A stretch of 64,000 nucleotides of DNA from positions 832,001 through 896,000 of the forward strand of contig CAWDVW010000005.1 of assembly GCA_963805855.1 (NCBI GenBank), given 5' to 3'. The translations under genes and the position numbers were made by a program. This document shows, piece by piece, positions 10,433-19,342 of this stretch (position 1 is its first letter; each line of letters opens with the position of its first letter). The DNA is from Candidatus Dadabacteria bacterium (lineage in GTDB: Bacteria; Desulfobacterota_D; UBA1144; Nemesobacterales; CSP1-2). Below the pieces are notes generated by a model that ran no database searches, was not told the DNA's origin, and saw nothing but the letters and a program-made list of their open reading frames with translations.

Positions 10433-11440
10433 TCAGGCTTTTAATCTAGAGACCATACCTCGTTCAATAACCTTGGAGAATATCATACGTCCTGTAGGGG
10501 TCTGAAGGACACTGGTAACAGAAACCTCTATATCTTTACCTACGTATCTTTTACCATCGTCAACGACAACCATAGTTCCATCTTCAAGATAACCTATACC
10601 TTGATTTTCCTCCTTTCCTTCCTTGACAACACTTATCCTCAGAGCCTCTCCAGGCAGTACCACTGGCTTGAGGGCACTGGATAACTGATTGAGGTTAAGC
10701 ACCTTTACCCCATGAAGTCCCGCAACCTTATTCAGATTATAATCATTAGTGACTATTACCCCTTTTAACCTCTTTGCGAGTTCAACGAGTTTTAAATCAG
10801 CTTCATTAATTTTCGGAAAATCGTGGCTTGTTATCTTTATGACAACGTTTGGAATCTCTTGCTGCATCCTTTTAAGAACATCGAGTCCTCGCCTGCCTCT
10901 GACGCGTTTTATAGGATCAGTGGAATCAGCTATATACTGGAGTTCTTTTATTATGAATTTTGGCACTATCAGAACCCCATCGATAAACCCGGCTTCAGCC
11001 ACATCTGCGATTCTTCCATCGATGATAGCACTAGTGTCTAGAATCTTTGTGCTCGATGGTCCGCTCTTCGCAGTAGTCCTTCTTCCCTGTCGATCAGCTT
11101 CATAGCCTTTTTTTATCCCCTGAGATATGCCTAGGTAAAAAAGCAATATAAAAATGAACACATATATGTACTTAGATATATCCGTTGAAACGTTCAATGC
11201 GTGTATAACCTCTACGATCGCAAAGAAGGTAAGCGAGGCTGTTACGATACCTATTGCTAATCCTAAAGTTGAATTTGTTGGGAAATTTTTAATAACTAGC
11301 TCTATTCCGATCATTACAGCAAGGGTAATGGCACCTATAACAGCGGTGATCATCAAGGAAGTCGTAAGGCTATAGGCTGGATAACTAACCCAAAATCCCG
11401 TTACGATGGACAATAAAAAGAAGAGAAGTTTTAGTTTCAT
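10433..11440 (-). CDS. PIN/TRAM domain membrane protein (YacL family)
   Basis: ILDTSAIIDGRI, RGRRGLD, VTNDYNLNKVA, GYLEDGTMVVV. Confidence 0.92.
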   Translation of the reverse strand: MKLKLLFFLLSIVTGFWVSYPAYSLTTSLMITAVIGAITLAVMIGIELVIKNFPTNSTLGLAIGIVTASLTFFAIVEVIHALNVSTDISKYIYVFIFILLFYLGISQGIKKGYEADRQGRRTTAKSGPSSTKILDTSAIIDGRIADVAEAGFIDGVLIVPKFIIKELQYIADSTDPIKRVRGRRGLDVLKRMQQEIPNVVIKITSHDFPKINEADLKLVELAKRLKGVIVTNDYNLNKVAGLHGVKVLNLNQLSSALKPVVLPGEALRISVVKEGKEENQGIGYLEDGTMVVVDDGKRYVGKDIEVSVTSVLQTPTGRMIFSKVIERGMVSRLKA

Positions 11441-11597
11441 ATCTTCCTCGCCCCGTTCCCTGATCCCTTAACGTTAATGGAATTAAAATGGTAATTATAA
11501 ATCCGAAAAGGTGTTTTAACAAGAAGCAAGCTCGATTTTTATTTTCATAGTAGATACTGACAGAAATCCACACCTGTAAATAATATGGATTATGCCA

Positions 11598-11617
11598 CCC
11601 CGTCTATCAAGACGGGG
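11598..11617 (-). terminator. Hairpin after hsp20 (terminator or REP-derived)
   Basis: ccccgtct-atca-agacgggg; no clear U-tract. Confidence 0.5.
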
Positions 11618-11646
11618 CAGCTTGTAGTTTAGAGTTAAATTATGCT

Positions 11647-12105
11647 TTAGTTAACTTCCACTTTAACTGGCTTGGCTGCCGCTTCTTCTCTCTTCGGAAT
11701 CTTGATCTCCAGTACACCATCGTTATAACTGGCCTTGATCTTCCCCGCCTCAACATTATCCGAGAGGCTAAAGCTTCTTACAAACTTTCCATATTTTCGC
11801 TCTACTCTCACATAATTATCCTTATCAGACTTCTCTTCAAATTTCTTTTCACCCCTTACTGTCAGTATGTTATCTTTGTAATCGATGTCAATGTCCTCTT
11901 TCTTTATACCTGGAAGGTCGGCACTTACCATATAATTATCTTTAGTCTCATATATATCTACCCTTGGTGCCCAGCTACCGGCGCCGAGATCTTCAACCCC
12001 AAATGTAGAAAGAGTCCTGGCTGTATCGTCAAATATTTTGTGAAAAGTTTCACTAAATAAATTTAGACCCTTATAGGGTTCCCAAACGGATAATCCTAAT
12101 CTCAT
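11647..12105 (-). CDS. Hsp20/alpha-crystallin small heat shock protein
   Basis: WAPRVDIYET, DLPGIKKEDI, ERKYGKFVRSFSL, YNDGVLEI. Confidence 0.95.
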   Translation of the reverse strand: MRLGLSVWEPYKGLNLFSETFHKIFDDTARTLSTFGVEDLGAGSWAPRVDIYETKDNYMVSADLPGIKKEDIDIDYKDNILTVRGEKKFEEKSDKDNYVRVERKYGKFVRSFSLSDNVEAGKIKASYNDGVLEIKIPKREEAAAKPVKVEVN

Positions 12106-12306
12106 GCTAACTACCTCCTAAATTGGTTTTTTTGTTATGGGTAGAAATTAATCACGGTCTAGTGGAAGTCAAGGACAATTTTTAATGGATCCGAATAAAT
12201 CACTGGTGGCAGTTTTGTAATACATTAAGCAGATTACATCAAGTTTTCACTTGAATAAAAAATATTCTTACACGGCACTGAAACAACTTAGAATTCTCCA
12301 GCGCTC

Positions 12307-12376
12307 GATAGCCGGGGTTTTCCAACCCCGGTTTTAGGAAAGATTTAGAATGCGGGACAATAATGTCCCGTCTATC
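12307..12376. repeat. Inverted pair of GATAG-flanked palindromes (REP doublet-like)
   Basis: gatag-ccggggtt-ttcc-aaccccgg on + and gatag-a-cgggaca-ttat-tgtcccg on -. Confidence 0.6.
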
Positions 12377-12397
12377 CTTTGTTCGGTTTAAGACGGA

Positions 12398-12505
12398 CTT
12401 CATACAGAGAATTAAGTGGTCTATTGAGTCATAATAAGACATAACATCCGTTTTGCAGAAAAATTCGTGGTTGGGATATGGTGTTATCACTTCCCTTACC
12501 GCAAC
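12398..12505 (-). pseudogene. Reverse transcriptase remnant
   Basis: AVREVITPYPNHEFFCKTDVMSYYDSIDHLIL resembles the RT motif D-h-x-x-(F/Y)-(F/Y)-x-S-I-D-H. Confidence 0.6.
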
Positions 12506-12595
12506 TACTCTGAAAAAACTTAGTATCTATCTTCAACAAGGAAGAAATATGTTGTAAGATAAAACACACCAATAATTAGTCAAAAGGGGGTACTA

Positions 12596-13228
12596 ATGTA
12601 CAAGCTCATGTTAATTCTCGTTGTTTTGACAATCGGTTTTTTCTATGCCGGGTGTAAGACTCAGGAAAGTCCAACTGAGGGCGGTGAAGATACCGAAATT
12701 AACGAGGAGAAATCAGAGGGCGTGGTTCCTGAAATTGAACAGACGATTGAGAAGATGCACGAAGAGCAGGAAAAGAAAGAACAATCAAAGGCTCCCGAAG
12801 AGATAGCCGCTGATCTCTGGAATCTTATGAAGACGGAGAATTACAGAGATCGCTGGCAAATGTGGCCACGGAAGGAACCTCTATACAAAGGGTCAGACCC
12901 GCACGGTGCCCTACTTACCACATATATAAATTCCATCGGTTATGAAGCGGTTGTCAAAAGGGAAAAAGAGCTGCCAGCTGGAACAATTATTGCAATGGAA
13001 AATTACATGGAGGATAAAACGCTTGAAGCCATTGCTGTTATGTATAACCTGGTGCCGTTTGACCCTGAATACGGAAACTGGTTCTGGGTAAAATTTGCGC
13101 CGGATGGTAAGCCAATGAAAGTGGAAAGGGATGGAGAGACGATAACTCTAGCCGGTAAAGTTACCGAATGCATAGAATGCCACTCCGCATCATCGTCTGG
13201 TACTCAATATATCATGACTAACCCTTAA
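12596..13228 (+). CDS. Cytochrome P460/c'-beta family lipoprotein
   Basis: Lipobox YAGC; PHGA, PAGTIIAMENY, GNWFW, C-terminal CIECH. Confidence 0.8.
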   Translation: MYKLMLILVVLTIGFFYAGCKTQESPTEGGEDTEINEEKSEGVVPEIEQTIEKMHEEQEKKEQSKAPEEIAADLWNLMKTENYRDRWQMWPRKEPLYKGSDPHGALLTTYINSIGYEAVVKREKELPAGTIIAMENYMEDKTLEAIAVMYNLVPFDPEYGNWFWVKFAPDGKPMKVERDGETITLAGKVTECIECHSASSSGTQYIMTNP

Positions 13229-13283
13229 TTATCAACGTTGTGATCAATTGTGGCTTTGTATCACGAAGACCATCGGTCTGGGG

Positions 13284-14207
13284 CTACAGAGTTGGTATTA
13301 TGCTGCTTCTCGACCTTATTACAAAATAATTGGAAAGTAGTATAAGCGCACCTCCCAAGATAATATCTAGGCCAATGGGTTGATCGAAGAATAAAGCTGC
13401 GAGTATAGAAGCACTAATAGGCTCCAGTAATAAAAGTATCCCTGCAACAGAGGCTTCTATCTTTTTGAAGCCTCTGTAAAATAATAAATGTGGTATTACC
13501 CCACCAATCGCGGCATATATCACGAGATAGAGCAGAAATACTATTGGCAAATTAACACTTATCCCTGTTATAACGGCGTATGGGAAAAAATAATAAAAGA
13601 TCGGCCAGAGTAACATAAGCCAAATTACGGAGAAGCCGGTCCAGCCAATCGTGGTTGTTACAAAATGCTGTTTTTGAAGTACACTTTTTCTTCCCCATAT
13701 TACCCACAGTGACAATAGAACACCTGAGACCAAGGAAACAACAATCCCAGTTAAAGATTTGGCATTTTTTATTCCCCAGGGTCTAACGAGCAAAATAATT
13801 CCGGACATCGCTATTACAACTGCTATCAATTTCTTAGTTGTTATCCCTTCCCTAAGCAATAATCTTCCGAATATAATGGTCCATATGGGCTGCGTGTAAA
13901 GGAGAAGTGCAACGACAGCAACATGCACACCTAATGCTATACCCCCGAACATCGCTAATTCTAAGAGCCCTCCAATTAATCCGTACACAACGAAGAAGAA
14001 GAGCATTTCTTTTTTGATCAGATATTCACGTTTTATCAGAACGACAGGAAGAAGCATTAAACTCGTTAACAATGCGCGGTAAATAGAAATTTCAAAGAGC
14101 GATAGACCCAGATTAACAAAAAATTGTCCTCCCGCGGTAATCGTACCGTACAGAACTGCAGCTACAATCACGTACCAGTAATGATTATCTGTAGACAATA
14201 AATTCAC
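13284..14207 (-). CDS. EamA/DMT family transporter
   Basis: About 10 TM; LLYTQPIW, LLEPISA. Confidence 0.9.
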   Translation of the reverse strand: MNLLSTDNHYWYVIVAAVLYGTITAGGQFFVNLGLSLFEISIYRALLTSLMLLPVVLIKREYLIKKEMLFFFVVYGLIGGLLELAMFGGIALGVHVAVVALLLYTQPIWTIIFGRLLLREGITTKKLIAVVIAMSGIILLVRPWGIKNAKSLTGIVVSLVSGVLLSLWVIWGRKSVLQKQHFVTTTIGWTGFSVIWLMLLWPIFYYFFPYAVITGISVNLPIVFLLYLVIYAAIGGVIPHLLFYRGFKKIEASVAGILLLLEPISASILAALFFDQPIGLDIILGGALILLSNYFVIRSRSSIIPTL

Positions 14208-14336
14208 TAACCCTTTTTCTTAATTTCCGAAGAATAACTTATTCCAAATTGCGGAAGTGATGAGGTGGTATTATAATTGAGAAAATCCTGATTGTTTACA
14301 TATTATATTTTAACGATCATTAAAGGATAGCTGATC

Positions 14337-15041
14337 ATGAACGGCTTAAAGACTGTCGGTAACTTCATTAGACACTGGGTATTTGGTCACAGGGCACCTC
14401 AATTGTTCTTAAACGGCTTGAGATCGGAAATTAGGACACGTCTCAACAAAAATCCGTCGCCCATGATTAGAGAGATTAGAGAAGAGGCCCGCAAAATTCA
14501 GTTATGTGATAAAAAACTCATAGAGGACGCGCCCTCCAGATGTCATCTTGAATTGACTTCACACATAGTCGCGGCATACAGGGTTTTGTTGCCGGAGGTC
14601 GGTATTGAAAAAGCGACGATACAGTTACTCGAACATGCCATGATGGAAGGTGTTAATACGATGTCGATGCGTTTTTCACTAAAATCAATGTTAACCAGCA
14701 GTCAAAATAACGCTGACCGTCTTTATAACATCTTCACATGGCTGATGAAACAGTATGGAACAACGTTTAAATGGACAGCCCCACACAAGCACAGAAAGGA
14801 AGGAAGTAGCTTTTCAAGTGAGATTCAAAGTTGCTTTTATCATAGCTTTTTTACCGTGCATAATGCTCCATTTCTTACTCCTGTCCTTTGTAAGATTGAC
14901 TCGATTTGGTTCAATATGATTGATCCCCAAAAGCACGGGTTTAGTTTTGATAAATCGCGATACAGAACCCAGGGTTACGGAGCTCCAACGTGCATATTTC
15001 CGATTGTTGAGGCGGTAAAAAAGAAACAGAAGAAGGATTAA
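14337..15041 (+). CDS. L-2-amino-thiazoline-4-carboxylate hydrolase-like protein
   Basis: CFYHSFF...PFLTPVLCKID...TQGYGAPTCIF Cys pattern. Confidence 0.6.
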   Translation: MNGLKTVGNFIRHWVFGHRAPQLFLNGLRSEIRTRLNKNPSPMIREIREEARKIQLCDKKLIEDAPSRCHLELTSHIVAAYRVLLPEVGIEKATIQLLEHAMMEGVNTMSMRFSLKSMLTSSQNNADRLYNIFTWLMKQYGTTFKWTAPHKHRKEGSSFSSEIQSCFYHSFFTVHNAPFLTPVLCKIDSIWFNMIDPQKHGFSFDKSRYRTQGYGAPTCIFPIVEAVKKKQKKD

Positions 15042-15087
15042 AACATTGGAATCTGAGTCGTTTAATGTCTTATACGTTTAAGCCACG

Positions 15088-15723
15088 ATGAAAAATTCAA
15101 CAAAACTTCTCAAGAAAGCAGAAAAAGAATGGAAAAGGATGATCTCGCATCCCTTCCTGATACAGGTTGGAAACGGAACAATCGAGAGAGAAATCTTTGA
15201 CTTCTGGGTGACCCAGGATTACATTTTTGTTCGAGAGGCAATTAGGTTTCTTGGAGCGCTTCAACTAAAGTCACCTGATTATGAGATATCTCTTGTGCTC
15301 GCCGATTCATTCGTGGCTTTAAAGAATGAGCTCGAAATGTTTGAAGGATATAAAAGCGGGCTTTCGCCGCGTGTTGAACCGACCAATATTTGTAGATCGT
15401 ATATAGACTTCCTAATCAGTACAGCACTCACAAAAGGTTTTGAAGAATCCTTTGCCGCCCTCTGGTGCGCAGAGAAGGCGTATTTCGATTCATGGAGCAG
15501 TGCAAAAAGATTGTCAAAAAAGAATAATCCCTATAAAGCTTTTATCGACCGGTGGACCAGCGATGAATTTAAAAAATACGTTAGCTGGATCGAGAAGACG
15601 CTTAATCGACTTTTAAAAGGTATCTCGAAACGGAAGTTAAGATCTGTGGAGAAAACATTTCTAATTACTGCAAATTATGAGTACCAATTTTGGGATATGG
15701 CATATTCAGAAAATAGAGAATGA
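15088..15723 (+). CDS. TenA family protein
   Basis: HPF, FDFWVTQDYIF, FIDRWTSDEF, EYQFWDMAY. Confidence 0.88.
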   Translation: MKNSTKLLKKAEKEWKRMISHPFLIQVGNGTIEREIFDFWVTQDYIFVREAIRFLGALQLKSPDYEISLVLADSFVALKNELEMFEGYKSGLSPRVEPTNICRSYIDFLISTALTKGFEESFAALWCAEKAYFDSWSSAKRLSKKNNPYKAFIDRWTSDEFKKYVSWIEKTLNRLLKGISKRKLRSVEKTFLITANYEYQFWDMAYSENRE

Positions 15724-16403
15724 CCTACGTTACTTCAGTAAATTTGGTACTTGTTATGAGCATGAGCGCCCAAGCACGTAAAATAAGCAAAAAAGAATTA
15801 GGGTTCATTCACCATTTCATACCTTCTTCAAGAAAGATAAATGACGTGATTTTACTATTACATGGAACTGGTGGAGACGAAAACTATTTGCTTAATATTG
15901 GCAGAAGAATTTCTCCTGGGGCCGCCATTCTCAGCCCAAGAGGAAATGTTTTTGAAAACGGGTCGAATAGATTCTGTTTGAGATCGCCCAATGGCGTTTT
16001 CAATATTGATGACTTAAAACTAAGAACAGAGGAGTTAGCTGATTTTATAATAAAAGCCTCTGAGCGCTATAAATTTGATTTGAACAGGCTTTCAGTTATT
16101 GGTTATTCAAACGGAGCGAGCATTGCTGCTAGCGTTATTCTGACGCACCCCGTCATTATCAAAAGAGCCGTTCTATTTCATCCGGGATTACCATTCATAC
16201 CGCGAACACCGCTGGATTTAGTAAACAATAGGGTGTTGATTACATGTGGTAGGCATGACACTATCGTTAAGGCGGGTGAATCTGTAGAGTTAGCCAAACT
16301 CTTGAAACAATGTGGAGCCAACGTTGAAATATATAGGCATGGTAGAGATCACGAGCTTGTGAAGAATGAGATAATGACCGCAAAGAGATTTTTGGAATCC
16401 TAG
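15720..16403 (+). CDS. Alpha/beta hydrolase (carboxylesterase, MhqD-like); true start may be near 15756
   Basis: LLHGTGGDE, SPRG, GYSNGA. Confidence 0.88.
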   Translation: MTYVTSVNLVLVMSMSAQARKISKKELGFIHHFIPSSRKINDVILLLHGTGGDENYLLNIGRRISPGAAILSPRGNVFENGSNRFCLRSPNGVFNIDDLKLRTEELADFIIKASERYKFDLNRLSVIGYSNGASIAASVILTHPVIIKRAVLFHPGLPFIPRTPLDLVNNRVLITCGRHDTIVKAGESVELAKLLKQCGANVEIYRHGRDHELVKNEIMTAKRFLES

Positions 16404-16447
16404 GTCCATTTAGTATATTATTAAGACTTATCACTAACTGATATACA

Positions 16448-16765
16448 ATGTCTTCAGAAAGAAGTCCGAAATTCTCTATTGGTCAAACAGTACACCATAA
16501 GATGTTTGATTACCGTGGTGTGATTATAGACGTAGACGAAGTTTTTAAGGGATCGGAAGAATGGTATGCGATAGTGGCACGTTCCCGTCCCCCGAAAAAC
16601 AAGCCTTGGTATCACGTATTGGTGCATGATTCCTCGGACCGAACCTACGTCGCAGAGCGAAATCTAGAGCCTGATGAATCAGACGAACCAATTAACCATC
16701 CCGAGATATATGACTTCTTTTCTGATCTCGTTGAGGGCTTATATCTCCCTAAAAGCATTAATTAG
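16448..16765 (+). CDS. hspQ: Heat shock protein HspQ (YccV family)
   Basis: KFSIGQTVHH, YRGVIIDVD, PWYHVLV, YVAERNL. Confidence 0.9.
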   Translation: MSSERSPKFSIGQTVHHKMFDYRGVIIDVDEVFKGSEEWYAIVARSRPPKNKPWYHVLVHDSSDRTYVAERNLEPDESDEPINHPEIYDFFSDLVEGLYLPKSIN

Positions 16766-16845
16766 TGACGCAAATCCTGATCTATTTGTGAACAAATATT
16801 ATCTCAATATCGATAATTGAAAGCGAGTAAAAAGGAGTTGAGAAC

Positions 16846-17247
16846 ATGACAAAAAAGATTATAAAATCAGATGAGGAGTGGAAGAGCATGCTCACACCGG
16901 AGCAGTACCATATCACTAGGGAAAGAGGAACGGAAAGACCATTCTCAGGTGAATATAACGACTCAAAAGAAAAGGGTATCTACAGGTGTGTATGCTGCGG
17001 TGCTGAACTTTTCAGCTCTGAGACCAAATTTGAATCGGGAACAGGGTGGCCCAGTTTTTGGGCTCCCGTTAATGAGGAAAACATTAAAGAGGAAACAGAT
17101 AATAGCTTGGGAATGCAAAGAATAGGACTAATGTGCAATATGTGCGATGCCCATTTAGGGCATGTCTTCCCGGATGGACCCAAACCAACAAATCTGCGTT
17201 ACTGTATCAATTCAGCCGCGCTGGAGCTTGAAAAAGAAGAATCGTAA
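16846..17247 (+). CDS. msrB: Methionine-R-sulfoxide reductase
   Basis: [30 protein letters not shown]. Confidence 0.96.
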   Translation: MTKKIIKSDEEWKSMLTPEQYHITRERGTERPFSGEYNDSKEKGIYRCVCCGAELFSSETKFESGTGWPSFWAPVNEENIKEETDNSLGMQRIGLMCNMCDAHLGHVFPDGPKPTNLRYCINSAALELEKEES

Positions 17248-17266
17248 TCCCCTTAAAAGCGGTCTT

Positions 17267-18133
17267 TTAAATTGAACTCCCACCAACCATTGCCTCAAGT
17301 CTTGCTATCCTATCTTCGATAGGTGGGTGCGTACTAAACAGTGACGCAAAACCGCCGCCGAAAAGTGGACTAACGATGAGCATATGAGCAGTGGATTCAG
17401 CTACTTGTTCGTTGACTTGCATAGGTATTCTGCCTGAAACCTGGCCTAGTTTTCTCAGTGCATTTGCTAGATATAAAGGATTACCACAGATCTGTGCACC
17501 GCCTTTGTCGGCTCCATATTCTCTGGTCCGTGATATTGCCATACGTATAATCATCGCCGCTAGAGGAGCAACTATCATCATGATTAGAAGCGTAAATATA
17601 TTTCCTCTACCCCTCTGGTTACCGCCAACTCCTCCGAATATAGCCGCCCACTGCGCCATATAGGCAAGATAGCTGATTGCACCCGCAATTGTCGCAGCAA
17701 TTGTACCAATTAAAATATCCCGATTCTTTACATGGGTTAACTCGTGTGCCAGAACACCCTTTAGTTCTTCGCGGCTGAGTAGTTTCAAGATACCGTTTGT
17801 TACAGCTACGGCCGAATGCTCAGGATTCCTACCTGTTGCAAATGCATTAGGCGCTTCTTGTGGCGTGATGTAAACTTTGGGCATGGGAAGCCCGGCGTTT
17901 TGTGCCAGTTCCTGCACCGTACTATACAGTTCTGGTGCTTCATCATGGGTAACCTCTTTTGCACCATACATTGACAGTACAATCTTGTCACTCCACCAAT
18001 AACTGATGAAGTTCATAACTCCAGCAATCATTAATGCGATTAGAGCCCCGTTTTTACCCCCTATTGCACCGCCTGCCCATATTAGTATGGCGGAAAGTAC
18101 CGCCAAGAGCATAACGCTTTTTAATGTATTCAT
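17267..18133 (-). CDS. htpX: Zinc metalloprotease HtpX
   Basis: [29 protein letters not shown]. Confidence 0.95.
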   Translation of the reverse strand: MNTLKSVMLLAVLSAILIWAGGAIGGKNGALIALMIAGVMNFISYWWSDKIVLSMYGAKEVTHDEAPELYSTVQELAQNAGLPMPKVYITPQEAPNAFATGRNPEHSAVAVTNGILKLLSREELKGVLAHELTHVKNRDILIGTIAATIAGAISYLAYMAQWAAIFGGVGGNQRGRGNIFTLLIMMIVAPLAAMIIRMAISRTREYGADKGGAQICGNPLYLANALRKLGQVSGRIPMQVNEQVAESTAHMLIVSPLFGGGFASLFSTHPPIEDRIARLEAMVGGSSI

Positions 18134-18489
18134 AAACTATCTCCTCAAAATCTAAAGGAACTTAAAATCAAACACATTAAAAAAGATTAATCACTTTGTA
18201 TTTGTTTTCAAGCGTTCACCAAGATAATTCTAATGATTTCAATGAAATAGAATTTAGCTATTTTAAAGCCTTGGGGTTTCCTAATCACTTTGGATTGATC
18301 TCTGACAAGGTCGGGATTATAACAAGGACTCGCTGGATTAAAACCTATGGTTCTCTGGCGCAAATTATATCGATTATTGAACGTGCAACATTACAGCGAT
18401 GCTTCTGACCCCTATGTCTGAAAGTTAATGAACACCTTATGAACGTATAAAAATTTAGATTCTTTATTTGATCCCGGGGTCTTAATTAT

Positions 18490-19317
18490 CTAGTTTTGGT
18501 CTTGCTTCTTGTCATTACTATATCCAGAAATTCTGGCTAGTTCCTTCAGGGATTTTGCTCCAAGATAATATTTGCCGCCTATTTCCCACGTGGGATAACT
18601 TGTTACGCTCTTAGATATGCAAAGTGAGGGATCGGAATTCTTTCCTTTTGGATCACACTCGACATAGTTGATAAAATTAAAAGCCGTTCCGAAAAAGTGC
18701 TTCTGTGCCAGGCAATGAGGACACTGGAATGACCCGTACATGGTGGCACCAATTTCTCTAAGGTGAATGGCAAGCCCTACTTGATAACTATTCGCGGTAG
18801 TGGCCCTAAGCTCACCGCTATTGTTAAAAAAGAAAGAACCTAAAATAACGAGGACGACTATAAAGATGCTAATTGGTATGATTTTTGAAACATTTGCCCG
18901 AAGGTCTATGGGCTTCTTAAACAAAATTAAGATAAAAATAGCTGTTATAACGATCGCCGAAAGTAAGCAGAAAGAACATATGGCTTTTAAAACGAACACC
19001 TCCACGTATGTAAGATAAATTGAAAAAACCAAACCGGGCAAGGATATGAAATAGAGCGTCAGCCATTTTGTTCGTTCTGATATATTTGAAACTGTGATAA
19101 TAAATAACCCAAAATACCCGACTAAACCTATCAGCGGTACAGGTATGCCATCAATCGAGGAATAACCGCTCAATCTTACAATATCGCAGCTCGAGCCTGT
19201 GACGCAAAAGCTTGTTTCCGCCTGGTTATAGTAGACGTAAGTAAGGTAAGCCGCAACCATGAAACCAATAAGAGAGAGAACTGTAATAACCGCACTTGAT
19301 CTGTCCTTGCCGTTCAT
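18490..19317 (-). CDS. VKOR-thioredoxin-like fusion
   Basis: VKOR loop Cys pair and CSFC; C-terminal CPHC, YVEC, YPTW. Confidence 0.88.
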   Translation of the reverse strand: MNGKDRSSAVITVLSLIGFMVAAYLTYVYYNQAETSFCVTGSSCDIVRLSGYSSIDGIPVPLIGLVGYFGLFIITVSNISERTKWLTLYFISLPGLVFSIYLTYVEVFVLKAICSFCLLSAIVITAIFILILFKKPIDLRANVSKIIPISIFIVVLVILGSFFFNNSGELRATTANSYQVGLAIHLREIGATMYGSFQCPHCLAQKHFFGTAFNFINYVECDPKGKNSDPSLCISKSVTSYPTWEIGGKYYLGAKSLKELARISGYSNDKKQDQN

Positions 19318-19342
19318 ACCTATGCAACATTATATATAGAAA

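Noticed and set aside
14207-15088. TPP riboswitch near tenA and the DMT gene
   Set aside because: No CTGAGA or other TPP core in the short intergenic regions
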